From Patescibacteria group bacterium (GTDB lineage: Bacteria; Patescibacteriota; Minisyncoccia; Moranbacterales; UBA2206), in the NCBI GenBank assembly GCA_022709735.1, contig JAKLIG010000003.1:70384-134383 (forward strand): a stretch of 64,000 nt of DNA. Reading direction: 5' to 3'. A program made the position numbers and the translations under genes. The notes under the pieces are model-generated. The model was not told where the DNA came from. It did no database searches and saw only the letters and a list, made by a program, of their open reading frames with translations. Of this stretch, positions 27,247-37,012 are shown in pieces; position 1 is the stretch's first letter; each line of letters opens with the position of its first letter.

Positions 27247-28017
27247 TTAACACATTTTATATTTCCCTTTTGCATCGTCGCAAATTATTTTTCCATGATC
27301 AAGAACAATCACTCTTTTCGCTGCCTTATTCACCACTTCCCGGTCATGGCTGGCCAAAATTACTGTCGTTCCAAGCTTGTTGATTTCCAAAAGTAATTTT
27401 ACCATTTCAATAGAGCTCACTGGATCCAAATTTCCCGTCGGCTCATCCGCCGCGATCACCAGCGGTTTATGAATCAGTGCTCGCGCCAAAACTACTTTTT
27501 GCTGTTCGCCTCCGGAAAGTTCGTGCGGAAATTTTTCCATTTTATCTCCCAGTCCCACTATATCCAAAATCTGTGGCACATCTTCCAAAATTTCGTTCTT
27601 TGGCGCTCCGCAGGCTTCCATAGCATAAGCGACATTTTCAAAAACAGTTTTCTTGGGAAGCAATTTGAAATCCTGAAAAATCGTGCCGATTCTTCTTCTG
27701 TGATATGGCATTTTTCTTCGACTGATCATATCCAGAGAAACTTCATCAAAATAAACCGAACCGACTGTTGGCATTTCTTCAGCATAAATTAATTTGAGAA
27801 GCGTGGACTTTCCCGCTCCGCTATGTCCAACTATGGAAATAAATTCTCCTCTTTTAATTTCCAAATTAATATCCGACAATACATCCTTATCGTCTTTGAA
27901 AAATTTGCTTACATGATCAAACCTGATCAACACCGAAGGATCTTTTGATTCCCTTGAATATTTTTCTTCGTTCATATCTTCTGTTTCTTCAATTTTTATT
28001 TTTCTTTCTTTTTTCAT
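27247..28017 (-). CDS. ftsE: cell division ATP-binding protein FtsE
   Basis: Walker A GHSGAGKST, the signature LSGGEQQKV and Walker B are present. The true start may be an internal Met. Confidence 0.9.
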   Translation of the reverse strand: MKKERKIKIEETEDMNEEKYSRESKDPSVLIRFDHVSKFFKDDKDVLSDINLEIKRGEFISIVGHSGAGKSTLLKLIYAEEMPTVGSVYFDEVSLDMISRRKMPYHRRRIGTIFQDFKLLPKKTVFENVAYAMEACGAPKNEILEDVPQILDIVGLGDKMEKFPHELSGGEQQKVVLARALIHKPLVIAADEPTGNLDPVSSIEMVKLLLEINKLGTTVILASHDREVVNKAAKRVIVLDHGKIICDDAKGKYKMC

Positions 28018-28021
28018 AATG

Positions 28022-28083
28022 TTTTACGAAATACAAAAAGGGAGTTTAAATGTTTCGTAGTTCGTTCATTTCGTAGTTCGTAA
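28022..28083. repeat. short, inverted-orientation variant of the ~88-bp TACGAA/TTCGTA TIR element family
   Basis: The sequence TTTTACGAAATAC...AAAAAGGGAGTTTAAATGTTTCGTA...TTTCGTAGTTCGTAA fills the ftsE-prfB spacer. Confidence 0.5.
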
Positions 28084-28094
28084 TTTATTATAAA

Positions 28095-29184
28095 CTATTT
28101 CTTAATATACTTCAAATAGCTTTCCATAAAATCATTTAGATTTCCCTCCAAAACCCATTCCGCCTGGGCTGTTTCGTATTTTGTCCTATGATCTTTGACC
28201 ATTTTATAAGGGTGAAGGACATAAGAACGGATTTGGCTTCCCCACTCGGCGCTTAATTGTTCGCCACGAATTTTTCTTTTTTCTTCTTCGGCTTCTTCCA
28301 GATATTTTTTATGAAGCTTCGCTTTCAAAATTTTCATTGCTTGTTCTTTGTTTTGCAATTGCGATCTTTCATTTTGGCAAGTTGCTTGGATTCCGGTTGG
28401 AATATGCGTGATGCGAACTGCGCTGTCTGTCGTGTTCACACTTTGTCCGCCGGCGCCAGATGAGCGATAAACATCCACGCGAAGATCCTGGGGATTAATT
28501 TGCACTTCTTTTATTTCCGGAATTACCGGCATAATTTCCACTAGTGCAAAAGAAGTTTGACGAAGATTATCTGCATTGTATGGCGACAACCTAACAAGCC
28601 GGTGTACTCCCGCTTCGCTTTTGAGATATCCATAAGCATATGCGCCAGAAACTTCTATTGTTACATTTTTTATTCCAGCTTCTTGACCACGAGTTTCATC
28701 TAAAATTCTCGCTTTAAAATTATATATTTGCGCCCACTTGAGATACATTCGAAGAAGCATCTCTGACCAGTCTTGCGCGTCCACTCCGCCGGCTCCACTC
28801 ATGATCGTGATAATCGCGTCATTTCTGTCATAATCTTCGGAAAAAAGCGTTTTGAATTCTAAAGCATTGATATTTTCCTCTACTTTTTTAATTTCTTTTT
28901 CGAGTTCAGCAATATCTTTTTTGCTTTCTGAAATTTCCGCCAATTCTTTTAAATTTTCAAGCTTTTTTTCTAATTCATCTATTTCCTCAATTTCTTTCTT
29001 TGTTTCTTCTAATTCTTTCATAATCTCTCCTGCTTTTTGCGAATCACTCCAAAAATTTTCCTTAGCCGTTTCTTTTTCCAGTTCTTTTATTCTTTTTTCT
29101 TTTTTCGGTAAGTCAAAGATAGTCCCGAATAGTCGGGAGTTTATTTTTTAGCTCTTCGATTCTTTGTAAGGTTTCTTTTGGCAT
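28095..29184 (-). CDS. prfB: peptide chain release factor 2, with a programmed +1 ribosomal frameshift
   Basis: Frame 0 reads MPKETLQRIEELKNKLPTIRDYL and ends at the CTT TGA C shift site (plus-strand 29112-29118). The +1 frame continues DLPKKEKRIKEL... into the long ORF carrying GGQ and the RF2-type domain. Confidence 0.85.
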
Positions 29185-29241
29185 TACTATTTATTCGAAT
29201 CATTCGAGTGTTAATTCGCAACATTCGAGTCGCGTTAATAA

Positions 29242-29985
29242 TTATTCAAACATCAGCATCCCTAACATTAGTCCTATTCCTAAAACAAACATTATTACCT
29301 GTAAAATTCCTTTTTTGGCTTCGTTGTGTTTGTGAAGTTCGGGAATTAAATCTGTTCCAGCAATGTAGATAAATCCCCCAGCCGCAAAAGGCACTAAAAA
29401 TGAGGTCAGATTAGCTGGATTCAAGTTTATCGATAAAATTACCATTGCTCCCAGAACCGCTGAAAGAGCGGTAATGAAGTTAAAAAACAACGCTTTTGCT
29501 CTTGAAAATCCAGCATACACCAAAGAAGCAAAATCGCCAATCTCCTGGGGAATTTCATGGAAAACTACCGCTACCGTTGTGGCAATTCCAAGCGGGATGC
29601 TCGCAAGAAAACTTCCGGCAATTATCACTCCGTCAAGAAAATTATGAATTGAATCTCCAAACAAGATAACATAAGAAAAAGGATGCGGATGATCCACGCA
29701 AGGTTCCTCGTGGCAATGGCGCCAGCGGATAATTTTTTCAATTAGGAAAAAAACTAAAATTCCTCCCAGGATTGAAAAAGAAATTTTAACCGTATTTTGT
29801 GAATTCTCAAAAGCTTCCGGGATAAGATGGATAAATGCATCGCCCATTAAAGTTCCCGCCGAAAAACTCACCAGATAAATGAGAATTTTATATAATTTTT
29901 TCTGATCAAAAGACAGCGTAAAAACTCCGACTAGTGAAATTAGACTGACAATAATTACTGAAATAATTGTATAAAACCAAAGCAT
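29242..29985 (-). CDS. ZIP family metal transporter (ZupT-like)
   Basis: The HEIPQEIGDF and HNFxDG motifs are present, with 8 predicted TM helices. Confidence 0.8.
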   Translation of the reverse strand: MLWFYTIISVIIVSLISLVGVFTLSFDQKKLYKILIYLVSFSAGTLMGDAFIHLIPEAFENSQNTVKISFSILGGILVFFLIEKIIRWRHCHEEPCVDHPHPFSYVILFGDSIHNFLDGVIIAGSFLASIPLGIATTVAVVFHEIPQEIGDFASLVYAGFSRAKALFFNFITALSAVLGAMVILSINLNPANLTSFLVPFAAGGFIYIAGTDLIPELHKHNEAKKGILQVIMFVLGIGLMLGMLMFE

Positions 29986-29988
29986 AAA

Positions 29989-30504
29989 TTATAAATTCTT
30001 GATGAGTTCGATGTGTCCTGCCTCGACTTGCATTAGCGCGCCGAAAAGTTTTCGGATATTATCTTCAGAAGCTTCGCTGGCAAACTTTTTGTAAATTTCT
30101 GTCGCATGGTCTTCCAGCTCAATTGTTTTTTGAAAATTTTCTTCATTCGTATCAGCGCAATTTTCAACTTTTATTTCCGGCATTGCAATTCCCAAAAGTT
30201 TTGTCGCGATCACCGCATGCTCCAATTCCACTTTTGCCAAACGCTTATACATTTTTTGGATTTTATATTCCTGCGCTTTTCCGGCCATACAAAGATAAAT
30301 CGCATTGGCTCGAGTTTCCAGCGCCAGCGTTTCCATCAAATTCTTCTTGGAAAGTTCGCTAATCGGAGTTTTCTCCTCAATAATTGGCTTAGCCTCCGAA
30401 GCCAATTTTATAAAATTTCCTTTCGCCCCGCAAAACGGGCAGTCAGTTGGTTTTTCTTCCCCAATATATGCGTCTCCGCATATTTCACAAATGTAGAGTT
30501 TCAT
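29989..30504 (-). CDS. reverse rubrerythrin (N-terminal rubredoxin-like CxxC..CxxC plus a diiron four-helix bundle)
   Basis: The N-terminus has CEICG...CPFCG. ExxH diiron motifs follow (ELEHAV, EAGHIE). Confidence 0.8.
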   Translation of the reverse strand: MKLYICEICGDAYIGEEKPTDCPFCGAKGNFIKLASEAKPIIEEKTPISELSKKNLMETLALETRANAIYLCMAGKAQEYKIQKMYKRLAKVELEHAVIATKLLGIAMPEIKVENCADTNEENFQKTIELEDHATEIYKKFASEASEDNIRKLFGALMQVEAGHIELIKNL

Positions 30505-30520
30505 ATAATTAAAAATATTA

Positions 30521-31543
30521 TTAATTTAATTCTGGATAAATTCTTTTAGCTCCAAAGTGCTCTACGAAATTACGATAAATATCAGTATCTCCTCCTTTCT
30601 TCAATTCTTCTGCAATATTCCTCAAGCTTTGGTCGCTTAAATTTGCTTTTTTGACAACTCCTTCTATAGAATCTTTTATATACTTCCAATCTCCAGCTTT
30701 TTGATTTGCGACAAAACTTCTTATACTATTTTCTATACCCTTTAAAACCTTTGGGTCATTGAATATTTCTTTAGAAATTCCAGGTAAATCTTGTATCCTA
30801 TCGATATTATACAAATGAACATTTCCGGAAGATAATACTTCCTTAAACCTATCCGTGATCTCAGGTTGAGAAATAATCTCTGGTTTATTTCCAAAATTAT
30901 TTAAAAAATCTAATGTATGTTCCCAATCCCCCTTCGCTATATTTTTAGCAACAGCAGAAATTTCTCGTGAAGTCATATTTTTCAGCGCTTCTTCATAGTC
31001 TTTAGGCTTATTGACTTTCAAATCAACCATTTTATTATTCAAAGCAACAGTATCAATTGTTTCATCCTCAGAAATTTCCTTGGTTGGCTCTGCATTTCTT
31101 TCTTTATTATCAACAATTCTATCGGGTGCATTTTCTTCTCCTAAATTCCCACTTTTTATTTGTGCTAAAAGTGATTCTGCTTTCCCCCTGTCTTCCTCTT
31201 CTTTTTTTACTTTTTCTTCTTCAAACTTAATCTTTGCTGCTTCCTCTTCAGCTTTTTTAACAGCCTCGGCTTCATCAAAAGCTTTATTTTCTTCATTGGC
31301 TTCCTTGTGTATTTCTTCTTCGCCGGTCTCTTCTCGCTCTGCACTATCTTTTTCTAATCTTAAAGCTTCACCCTGCTCTTGGAGTTTTTTCCCAAGTGCT
31401 ATCAAATCTTCTGGTGATTTAGCATCCATAACTTCTTTTGACATTTCACTTTTCGCTCCTTCAAATTTTTTCTTAAAATTCTCCCATTTTTTAGCGAGTG
31501 CTTCTTTGACAGTTTCATACACATTTTTAGGTGTTTCTTTCAT
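30521..31543 (-). CDS. hypothetical Glu/Lys-rich coiled-coil protein
   Basis: 340 aa; the N-terminal half is low-complexity and E/K-rich. Confidence 0.4.
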   Translation of the reverse strand: MKETPKNVYETVKEALAKKWENFKKKFEGAKSEMSKEVMDAKSPEDLIALGKKLQEQGEALRLEKDSAEREETGEEEIHKEANEENKAFDEAEAVKKAEEEAAKIKFEEEKVKKEEEDRGKAESLLAQIKSGNLGEENAPDRIVDNKERNAEPTKEISEDETIDTVALNNKMVDLKVNKPKDYEEALKNMTSREISAVAKNIAKGDWEHTLDFLNNFGNKPEIISQPEITDRFKEVLSSGNVHLYNIDRIQDLPGISKEIFNDPKVLKGIENSIRSFVANQKAGDWKYIKDSIEGVVKKANLSDQSLRNIAEELKKGGDTDIYRNFVEHFGAKRIYPELN

Positions 31544-31725
31544 TTTTTTTTATTTTCCTTAAATTATAAAATTATTTTTTATAATCCAGGTTAAATTAAT
31601 TATTTATAAAATTTATTTGAATTATTTCGACTTTTGTTTTATATTATCTAAGCGCCGATGTAGCTTCAGCCCTAGGCTGATCCGCCTCGGGCGGACAATT
31701 GGTAGTCGAGAGAAAAATATTATAT

Positions 31726-31798
31726 GCCCTCTTAGCTCAGTTGGCAGAGCGACGCATTCGTAACGCGTAGGTCATCAGTTCGATTCTGATAGAGGGCT
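31726..31798 (+). tRNA. tRNA-Thr (anticodon CGU); CCA not encoded
   Basis: It folds as a cloverleaf: acceptor GCCCTCT/AGAGGGC, anticodon loop TTCGTAA, T-arm ATCAGTTCGATTCTGAT, discriminator U. Confidence 0.85.
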
Positions 31799-31835
31799 CC
31801 GTTTACTCCGCTTGCCCCGTGGCAGCGAAGCTGCT

Positions 31836-32738
31836 TTACGGGGTCATATCCACCAGTCTTTGCCATTCGTCATTAACTAATTTTTGTATTTCTTCCAATA
31901 CTTTCTTATTTTCTTCTTTGAACAAATGTTTGAATCGTCCTTGCGTTTTCAAAAATTCGCTGACTGGCTTTGGTTTTTCCGTCGCGAAGTTTATTTTATA
32001 TTTTCCATTTTCGATTTCATAGAGTGGCCAGAAATTTGTTTCGGTTGCTAATTTGGCAAGAGCTACATATTCTGAAGTCGGAAATTTCCAATTATTAGTG
32101 CAAGGCGAAAAAACCAAAAGAAAAGTCGGTCCTTCGGTCTCCAGCGCTTTTTTGGCTTTCTTTTTTAGATCGGCTATATATGCCACATTCGCTTGCGCTA
32201 AATATGCAATTCTGTGAGCATTGACTATTTCCATTAAATTTTTCCGCGTTTCCATTTTTCCAAAAGATTTTTTTCCAACTGGTGTAGTTTCCGTGAAAGC
32301 GCCATAGGGAGTTGCTGAAGATCTTTGGTTTCCCGTATTCATATATCCCCCATTGTCATAACAAACATAAAGAAAATTATGCCCACGCTCCAGCGCGCCA
32401 GATAAGCTTTGAAGTCCAATATCATATGTTCCGCCATCCCCGCCAAACGCCACGAATTTTATTTTTTTCTTAATCTTGCCTTTTCTCTTTAGAATTTCAT
32501 ATGCTTTTTCCACACCGGAAATTGTTGCCGCGGCATTTTCAAAAGCGCTGTGGATATATGGCACTTTCCAAGCGGAGTATGGATAAAGCGTGGAAGTCAC
32601 TTCAAGGCATCCCGTGGCATTCGCCACCACCACTTCGTTTTTCGCCTCGCCTAAAATAGTGCGAACTATCGCCGGAAATCCGCATCCTGCGCAAGCGCTG
32701 TGTCCCGGAGCAAAATGTTTAGTTAATTCTTTGTTCAT
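31836..32738 (-). CDS. porB: pyruvate/2-oxoacid:ferredoxin oxidoreductase beta subunit (TPP-binding)
   Basis: It has TPP-binding GDG..N-type motifs (AFGGDGGTYDIG) and the Cys cluster of the POR beta subunit. Confidence 0.85.
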   Translation of the reverse strand: MNKELTKHFAPGHSACAGCGFPAIVRTILGEAKNEVVVANATGCLEVTSTLYPYSAWKVPYIHSAFENAAATISGVEKAYEILKRKGKIKKKIKFVAFGGDGGTYDIGLQSLSGALERGHNFLYVCYDNGGYMNTGNQRSSATPYGAFTETTPVGKKSFGKMETRKNLMEIVNAHRIAYLAQANVAYIADLKKKAKKALETEGPTFLLVFSPCTNNWKFPTSEYVALAKLATETNFWPLYEIENGKYKINFATEKPKPVSEFLKTQGRFKHLFKEENKKVLEEIQKLVNDEWQRLVDMTP

Positions 32739-32741
32739 AAA

Positions 32742-33005
32742 TTATTTTTTAGAAAATTCTTGCCAGATTTTTTTAATTAAATAAAAAATCAATGAGTATG
32801 CTATATAAAAAAGTGTCAGTAAAAATAGAATTAATAAGATTGCTAGATATAAATTTGAGTTTATTAAAGTATCACAACGTGAGCATAGGCTATTTTTCCA
32901 ATCACAAGAAGGACAACCAAAATTTGCAATTATAGCAAAAACTTCCCATGTTGAAAAAAATGCTAGGATAATTTTTAATATAACTAATAATATTTTTTTA
33001 ATCAT
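32742..33005 (-). CDS. small membrane protein with a CxxC...CxxC loop, inserted between porA and porB
   Basis: 87 aa; two TM helices flank the loop CPSCDWKNSLCSRCD. Confidence 0.45.
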   Translation of the reverse strand: MIKKILLVILKIILAFFSTWEVFAIIANFGCPSCDWKNSLCSRCDTLINSNLYLAILLILFLLTLFYIAYSLIFYLIKKIWQEFSKK

Positions 33006-33009
33006 TTTT

Positions 33010-34167
33010 TTACTTTATATATTTCCCTTTATGTTTCCCCAAAATCACATCCTCGATTTGTTTTTGAAAAATATCTCGTCCGCCGAGACCATAAATATAG
33101 CTTTTTATTTTTTTATTTATAGGTACGGACAGGTCGCGACCTGTCCCTACGAATGAATTTAATATTTCGCTGTAAAACGGTGGATTTGTTCCAATTGATT
33201 GCGCGCGATCAAGCACAATTATTTCTTTGGCATTTTTGAGAGCTTCGGCGATTTCTTTGTGTGGAAACGGCCTAAATAAGCCGATTTTCAATAGCCCTAC
33301 TTTTTCTCCGGATTCCCGCAATTTATCAATCACAACTTTGGATGTTCCGGACGCACTGCCAGTGAGCACTAATATTTTTTCTGCGTCTTCTGTCTGATAT
33401 TTTTCAAAAAATTCATATTTCCTTCCACTAATTTTCTCGAATTCTTTGGCAATTTTTTGATATTCTTCAAAAGCTTTTTCCATTGCTTCTTCTTCGTCAA
33501 TCCGAAATTCAAAATATGAATTTTGAAGCGCGACTGGTCCATAACTCACGGGATTGTCAGTGTCAAGAAGCGAATTTATTGCTTCAAATCTCCCAACAAA
33601 TTCTTTGACGATTTTTGTTTCCAAAATTTCCAAATTTTCCACCGAGTGCGAAGTGTTGAATCCATCCATAATTACCATGACCGGCAATTTCACTTTTTCC
33701 GCGAGTCTCATTCCAATAATTGTTTTATCATAAACTTCTTGCCCATTTTCACAAAAAATTTGAATCCAGCCGGAGTCTCGACAGCCCATCACATCAGAGT
33801 GATCGCCATGAATGTTTATCGGGGCTGCCAGTGCTCGCGCGCTAACAAGCATGAGAATTGGAAGCCTCATTCCGCTCGCAATATAGAGCATCTCGTGCAT
33901 CAAAGCCAAGCCTTGCGAACTTGTGGCCGTTGCTGTTCTTGCTCCTGCTGCACTCGCTCCAATCGCCGCACTCATGGCAGAATGTTCCGATTCAACTTTT
34001 ATTATTTCCGTATCCACTTCGCCATTCGCTTGAAAACCGGCATAAGTTTCAATAATCGGCGTTTGCGGTGTGATCGGATAAATCGGCATCACTTCCGGTT
34101 CGATTTGTTTCAAAGCCTCGGCCGCCGCTGCTCCACCAGTCAACGCTAATTTATTTTTTTTATTCAT
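33010..34167 (-). CDS. porA: pyruvate/2-oxoacid:ferredoxin oxidoreductase alpha subunit
   Basis: 385 aa with the POR alpha fold signature. It sits in porGDAB order. Confidence 0.85.
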   Translation of the reverse strand: MNKKNKLALTGGAAAAEALKQIEPEVMPIYPITPQTPIIETYAGFQANGEVDTEIIKVESEHSAMSAAIGASAAGARTATATSSQGLALMHEMLYIASGMRLPILMLVSARALAAPINIHGDHSDVMGCRDSGWIQIFCENGQEVYDKTIIGMRLAEKVKLPVMVIMDGFNTSHSVENLEILETKIVKEFVGRFEAINSLLDTDNPVSYGPVALQNSYFEFRIDEEEAMEKAFEEYQKIAKEFEKISGRKYEFFEKYQTEDAEKILVLTGSASGTSKVVIDKLRESGEKVGLLKIGLFRPFPHKEIAEALKNAKEIIVLDRAQSIGTNPPFYSEILNSFVGTGRDLSVPINKKIKSYIYGLGGRDIFQKQIEDVILGKHKGKYIK

Positions 34168-34168
34168 A

Positions 34169-34438
34169 TTATTTTTTCTTCATAACTATTGCCTTTACCG
34201 GGCAAACTTGTGCACAAACTCCACAACCCTTGCAATATTCATAATCTATTTCTGCTTTTTTCTTGCTTCTTACTTCTTTATTCTTACTTCCTACTTCTAT
34301 GCTTGCTTCTGGACAAAACGGAACACAAGTGCCACAACCAATGCACTTTTCCTTGTCCACTTCCGGATGCATATACCGCCATGCCCCAGTTTTCGGCGCC
34401 TTGTCCAAATTGTGTTTAATTACAGCTCCTAACTCCAT
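34169..34438 (-). CDS. porD: pyruvate:ferredoxin oxidoreductase delta subunit (2x[4Fe-4S] ferredoxin)
   Basis: It has two CxxCxxCxxxCP motifs. The start was moved to the internal Met, because the ORF track start runs into AT-rich repeat sequence. Confidence 0.8.
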   Translation of the reverse strand: MELGAVIKHNLDKAPKTGAWRYMHPEVDKEKCIGCGTCVPFCPEASIEVGSKNKEVRSKKKAEIDYEYCKGCGVCAQVCPVKAIVMKKK

Positions 34439-34552
34439 GAAAATTTTGTAATTTTGTAATTTTATAATTTTTAAATAATTTCTAATGCTAAAATTTTTAA
34501 ACATTGAAAAATAAGATTCATTTATAAAATTAAAAATTAAAAAATTAAAAAA

Positions 34553-35137
34553 TTAAATTGTATCGTACGCCTTTTCTATCGCCAAAATATTTTTATCACA
34601 AGCTTCTTTTCCTATTTTTTTCTCAAAAATTTCCCGGAATTCTTCTATCACGCTTTCGAGCTTTACTATTCCTGAAACTTTCACAAATTTTCCTAAAATC
34701 ACCGTATTGGGCCGAGGCGCTCCGATAATTTTCATGGATATTCCGCTAGCATCCACCGGATAAATTTTCCCAGAAAAATTACCTCCCCTTTCCATCATTT
34801 TTTCCCGCACTTTATGCTCCGGCATTTGGGTGTTTATTATTAAAAATTCATTTTTGTCTAAATTAAAAGCCACTTCCTGCGAATCCAAAAGAGTGTCATC
34901 AAGAACAACCACAAGATCCGGATCAACTACCGGCTCATGAGTGCGAATTTCACTATCTGAAATTCGAAGATAAGTTTTTGTCGGTGCGCCAGATCGCTCG
35001 GGTCCAAAACTCGGGAAAGCCTGGACGAATTTATTTTCAAATAAAGCCGACTGCGCTAAAATTTCCGCAGTAGTTTTTGCGCCCTGCCCTCCGCGGGCAA
35101 AAAAAATAACTTCAAAAATGTCTTTATGATACTTCAT
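34553..35137 (-). CDS. porG: pyruvate:ferredoxin oxidoreductase gamma subunit
   Basis: The ARGGQGAKT motif of POR gamma is present. Confidence 0.85.
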   Translation of the reverse strand: MKYHKDIFEVIFFARGGQGAKTTAEILAQSALFENKFVQAFPSFGPERSGAPTKTYLRISDSEIRTHEPVVDPDLVVVLDDTLLDSQEVAFNLDKNEFLIINTQMPEHKVREKMMERGGNFSGKIYPVDASGISMKIIGAPRPNTVILGKFVKVSGIVKLESVIEEFREIFEKKIGKEACDKNILAIEKAYDTI

Positions 35138-35248
35138 GTTATTCTTTACTAATTACTAATCAAATACTGGCGTACTGGTTTAAAAATCGACTTTAATATT
35201 ATAGCATAATAATTCAAAAACTAAAAAATTTGATTTTTTGCATTTAAA

Positions 35249-35427
35249 CCCGCCCTATAAAATAAAGCACTATAAATTGAGATTTTCTAGCGTTAAAAAT
35301 TTACTCATTAATATCCTAAGGGGAGTTTAGTAAATTTAGCGAGAAAATCGAAAATTTATTTCTTTATTTTATCTGGGCGGCCTTTTTTCTTTCTGCCACT
35401 TTCTTTTTGGGAAAAAGAAAGTGGCGA
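35249..35427. repeat. structured intergenic element, copy 2 (candidate sRNA or cis-regulatory element)
   Basis: It matches copy 1 at 15758-15937. The long hairpin here reads GCCACTTTCTTTTTGGGAAAAAGAAAGTGGC, with two compensatory base-pair swaps relative to copy 1. Confidence 0.5.
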
Positions 35428-35495
35428 ATAATTAAACAAAAAAACAACCTCTTTTCCAGAGATTGTTTTTGAAATAACGCTTTATTCTTACTTCT

Positions 35496-36518
35496 TTATT
35501 CTTGCTTCTTACTCAATTGTTCTTCGATATCCGCTTTAAATTGATCCGCGCTTAACGCTCCAGTCTCTACTTTGTCCTGAATAAAAATTGTCGGTGTCCC
35601 AGTGACGCCAAAATTTTGAGCTTCATTTTTGTCGGCATTAATTTTATCCTGATATTTTTTGTTATCCAAACATCCATTGAAATCATTGGCATTTAACCCG
35701 AGTGTTCGAGCATATGATTTGAAACTTGAGGTGTCTTTTGTTTCGCCCCACTGCGATTGCTTGGCATAAAGCATATCCGCATATTCCCAGAATTTTCCCT
35801 GTTCCAGCGCACACATGGAAGCCAGCGCCGCATTTTCCGCTTGCGGATGAATTTCGGAGAGCGGAAATTCTTTGAAACTAAACAAAACATTGTCTTTATA
35901 ATTTTTCATCGTATCGCGAAGAGACTTGTAGAAAACTTTGCAATATGGACACTGAAAATCAGAAAAAATAACCACCTTAACTTTGGCGTCATTGTTTCCA
36001 AAAGTGGCATCATCATTATTTATTCTTGGAAGCTCCAAATATTTTCCAACCGGCGCGCCAAGTTCTTGGACATTTAAAACATACTTGTCGCCCTTAGCAT
36101 AAAATAGGGGTTGAGCCTCTGCATAAAATTCCGTTTGGTCAAGATTTTTTCCAAAAATGAAAGCCGGCAAGGTTTTGATTCCAAATTCCCCGATTAAAGT
36201 TTTTCCTTTTTCAGTGTCAAAATTTATTTTTTCCGCGCTTATAGTCGGCGACACTCTTCGAAGCCAAGCCAAAATTTCTCCCGGATCGCAATTTTCACAA
36301 GCGTCGTCTGTGATAACAGAAATTGGAACAGCTGGATCGCTGTAGGCTACCCAGGTTTTTCCGCTCGCTTCAAAAATATCCGATTTATTGAGGTTTTTTT
36401 GCGAATATCCGCCGCCTTTTATAATTTGGCCAATGTCCACAAAAAGACTGCCTAGAAGCAACCCAAATAAAAGAATTGAAAGAGAAATTAGGTTTTTAAT
36501 TTTATTATCCTTTTCCAT
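35496..36518 (-). CDS. DsbA-like thioredoxin-fold protein (membrane anchored)
   Basis: It has an N-terminal TM segment and a CPYC active site in a DsbA-like domain. Confidence 0.65.
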   Translation of the reverse strand: MEKDNKIKNLISLSILLFGLLLGSLFVDIGQIIKGGGYSQKNLNKSDIFEASGKTWVAYSDPAVPISVITDDACENCDPGEILAWLRRVSPTISAEKINFDTEKGKTLIGEFGIKTLPAFIFGKNLDQTEFYAEAQPLFYAKGDKYVLNVQELGAPVGKYLELPRINNDDATFGNNDAKVKVVIFSDFQCPYCKVFYKSLRDTMKNYKDNVLFSFKEFPLSEIHPQAENAALASMCALEQGKFWEYADMLYAKQSQWGETKDTSSFKSYARTLGLNANDFNGCLDNKKYQDKINADKNEAQNFGVTGTPTIFIQDKVETGALSADQFKADIEEQLSKKQE

Positions 36519-36538
36519 AATATTATATTTAGAATTTA

Positions 36539-36865
36539 TTATTCAACTGCTTGATTATTATTTTCTTGATTTTGCTCTGGATTATTCTCAACATTTTCTG
36601 CTTGCTTCTTTAGAATATCTTCTTCAATTTTATTAATATCAAAATCTTGCTTCATAATTTTCATTTTATAATCGTCAAAGCCCATCGTAATTCTTTTCAC
36701 GGCTTCGGTTTTCAGCGCAACTCCAATTAGAATTCCTAAAACCAAAAACAGCACGAGTTCCATATAGAAATCATACTTTCTTTTTTTCGATTGCTCTTGG
36801 GGCGCTTCTAAAATTCTTTCCAGCTCCATTATTTGCGTTTCAATTTTTTCTTCGTTATTTTCCAT
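36539..36865 (-). CDS. hypothetical small membrane protein
   Basis: 108 aa with one TM helix. Confidence 0.4.
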   Translation of the reverse strand: MENNEEKIETQIMELERILEAPQEQSKKRKYDFYMELVLFLVLGILIGVALKTEAVKRITMGFDDYKMKIMKQDFDINKIEEDILKKQAENVENNPEQNQENNNQAVE

Positions 36866-36940
36866 TGCTTTTTGTCATTCCCGCGAAAGCGGGAATCCAG
36901 TCAATAAATTTATTTGTGTAATTAAAACTATCATATACTC

Positions 36941-36962
36941 AAAAACCCTGCAATCTTGCAGG
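36941..36962 (-). terminator. intrinsic terminator downstream of the 37013-38200 gene
   Basis: The minus strand reads CCTGCAAGATTGCAGG followed by GTTTTT. Confidence 0.6.
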
Positions 36963-37012
36963 ATTTATGGTTTATGGCGTAATAAAAAGTTAATCAGAAA
37001 AATAATTCGTAC

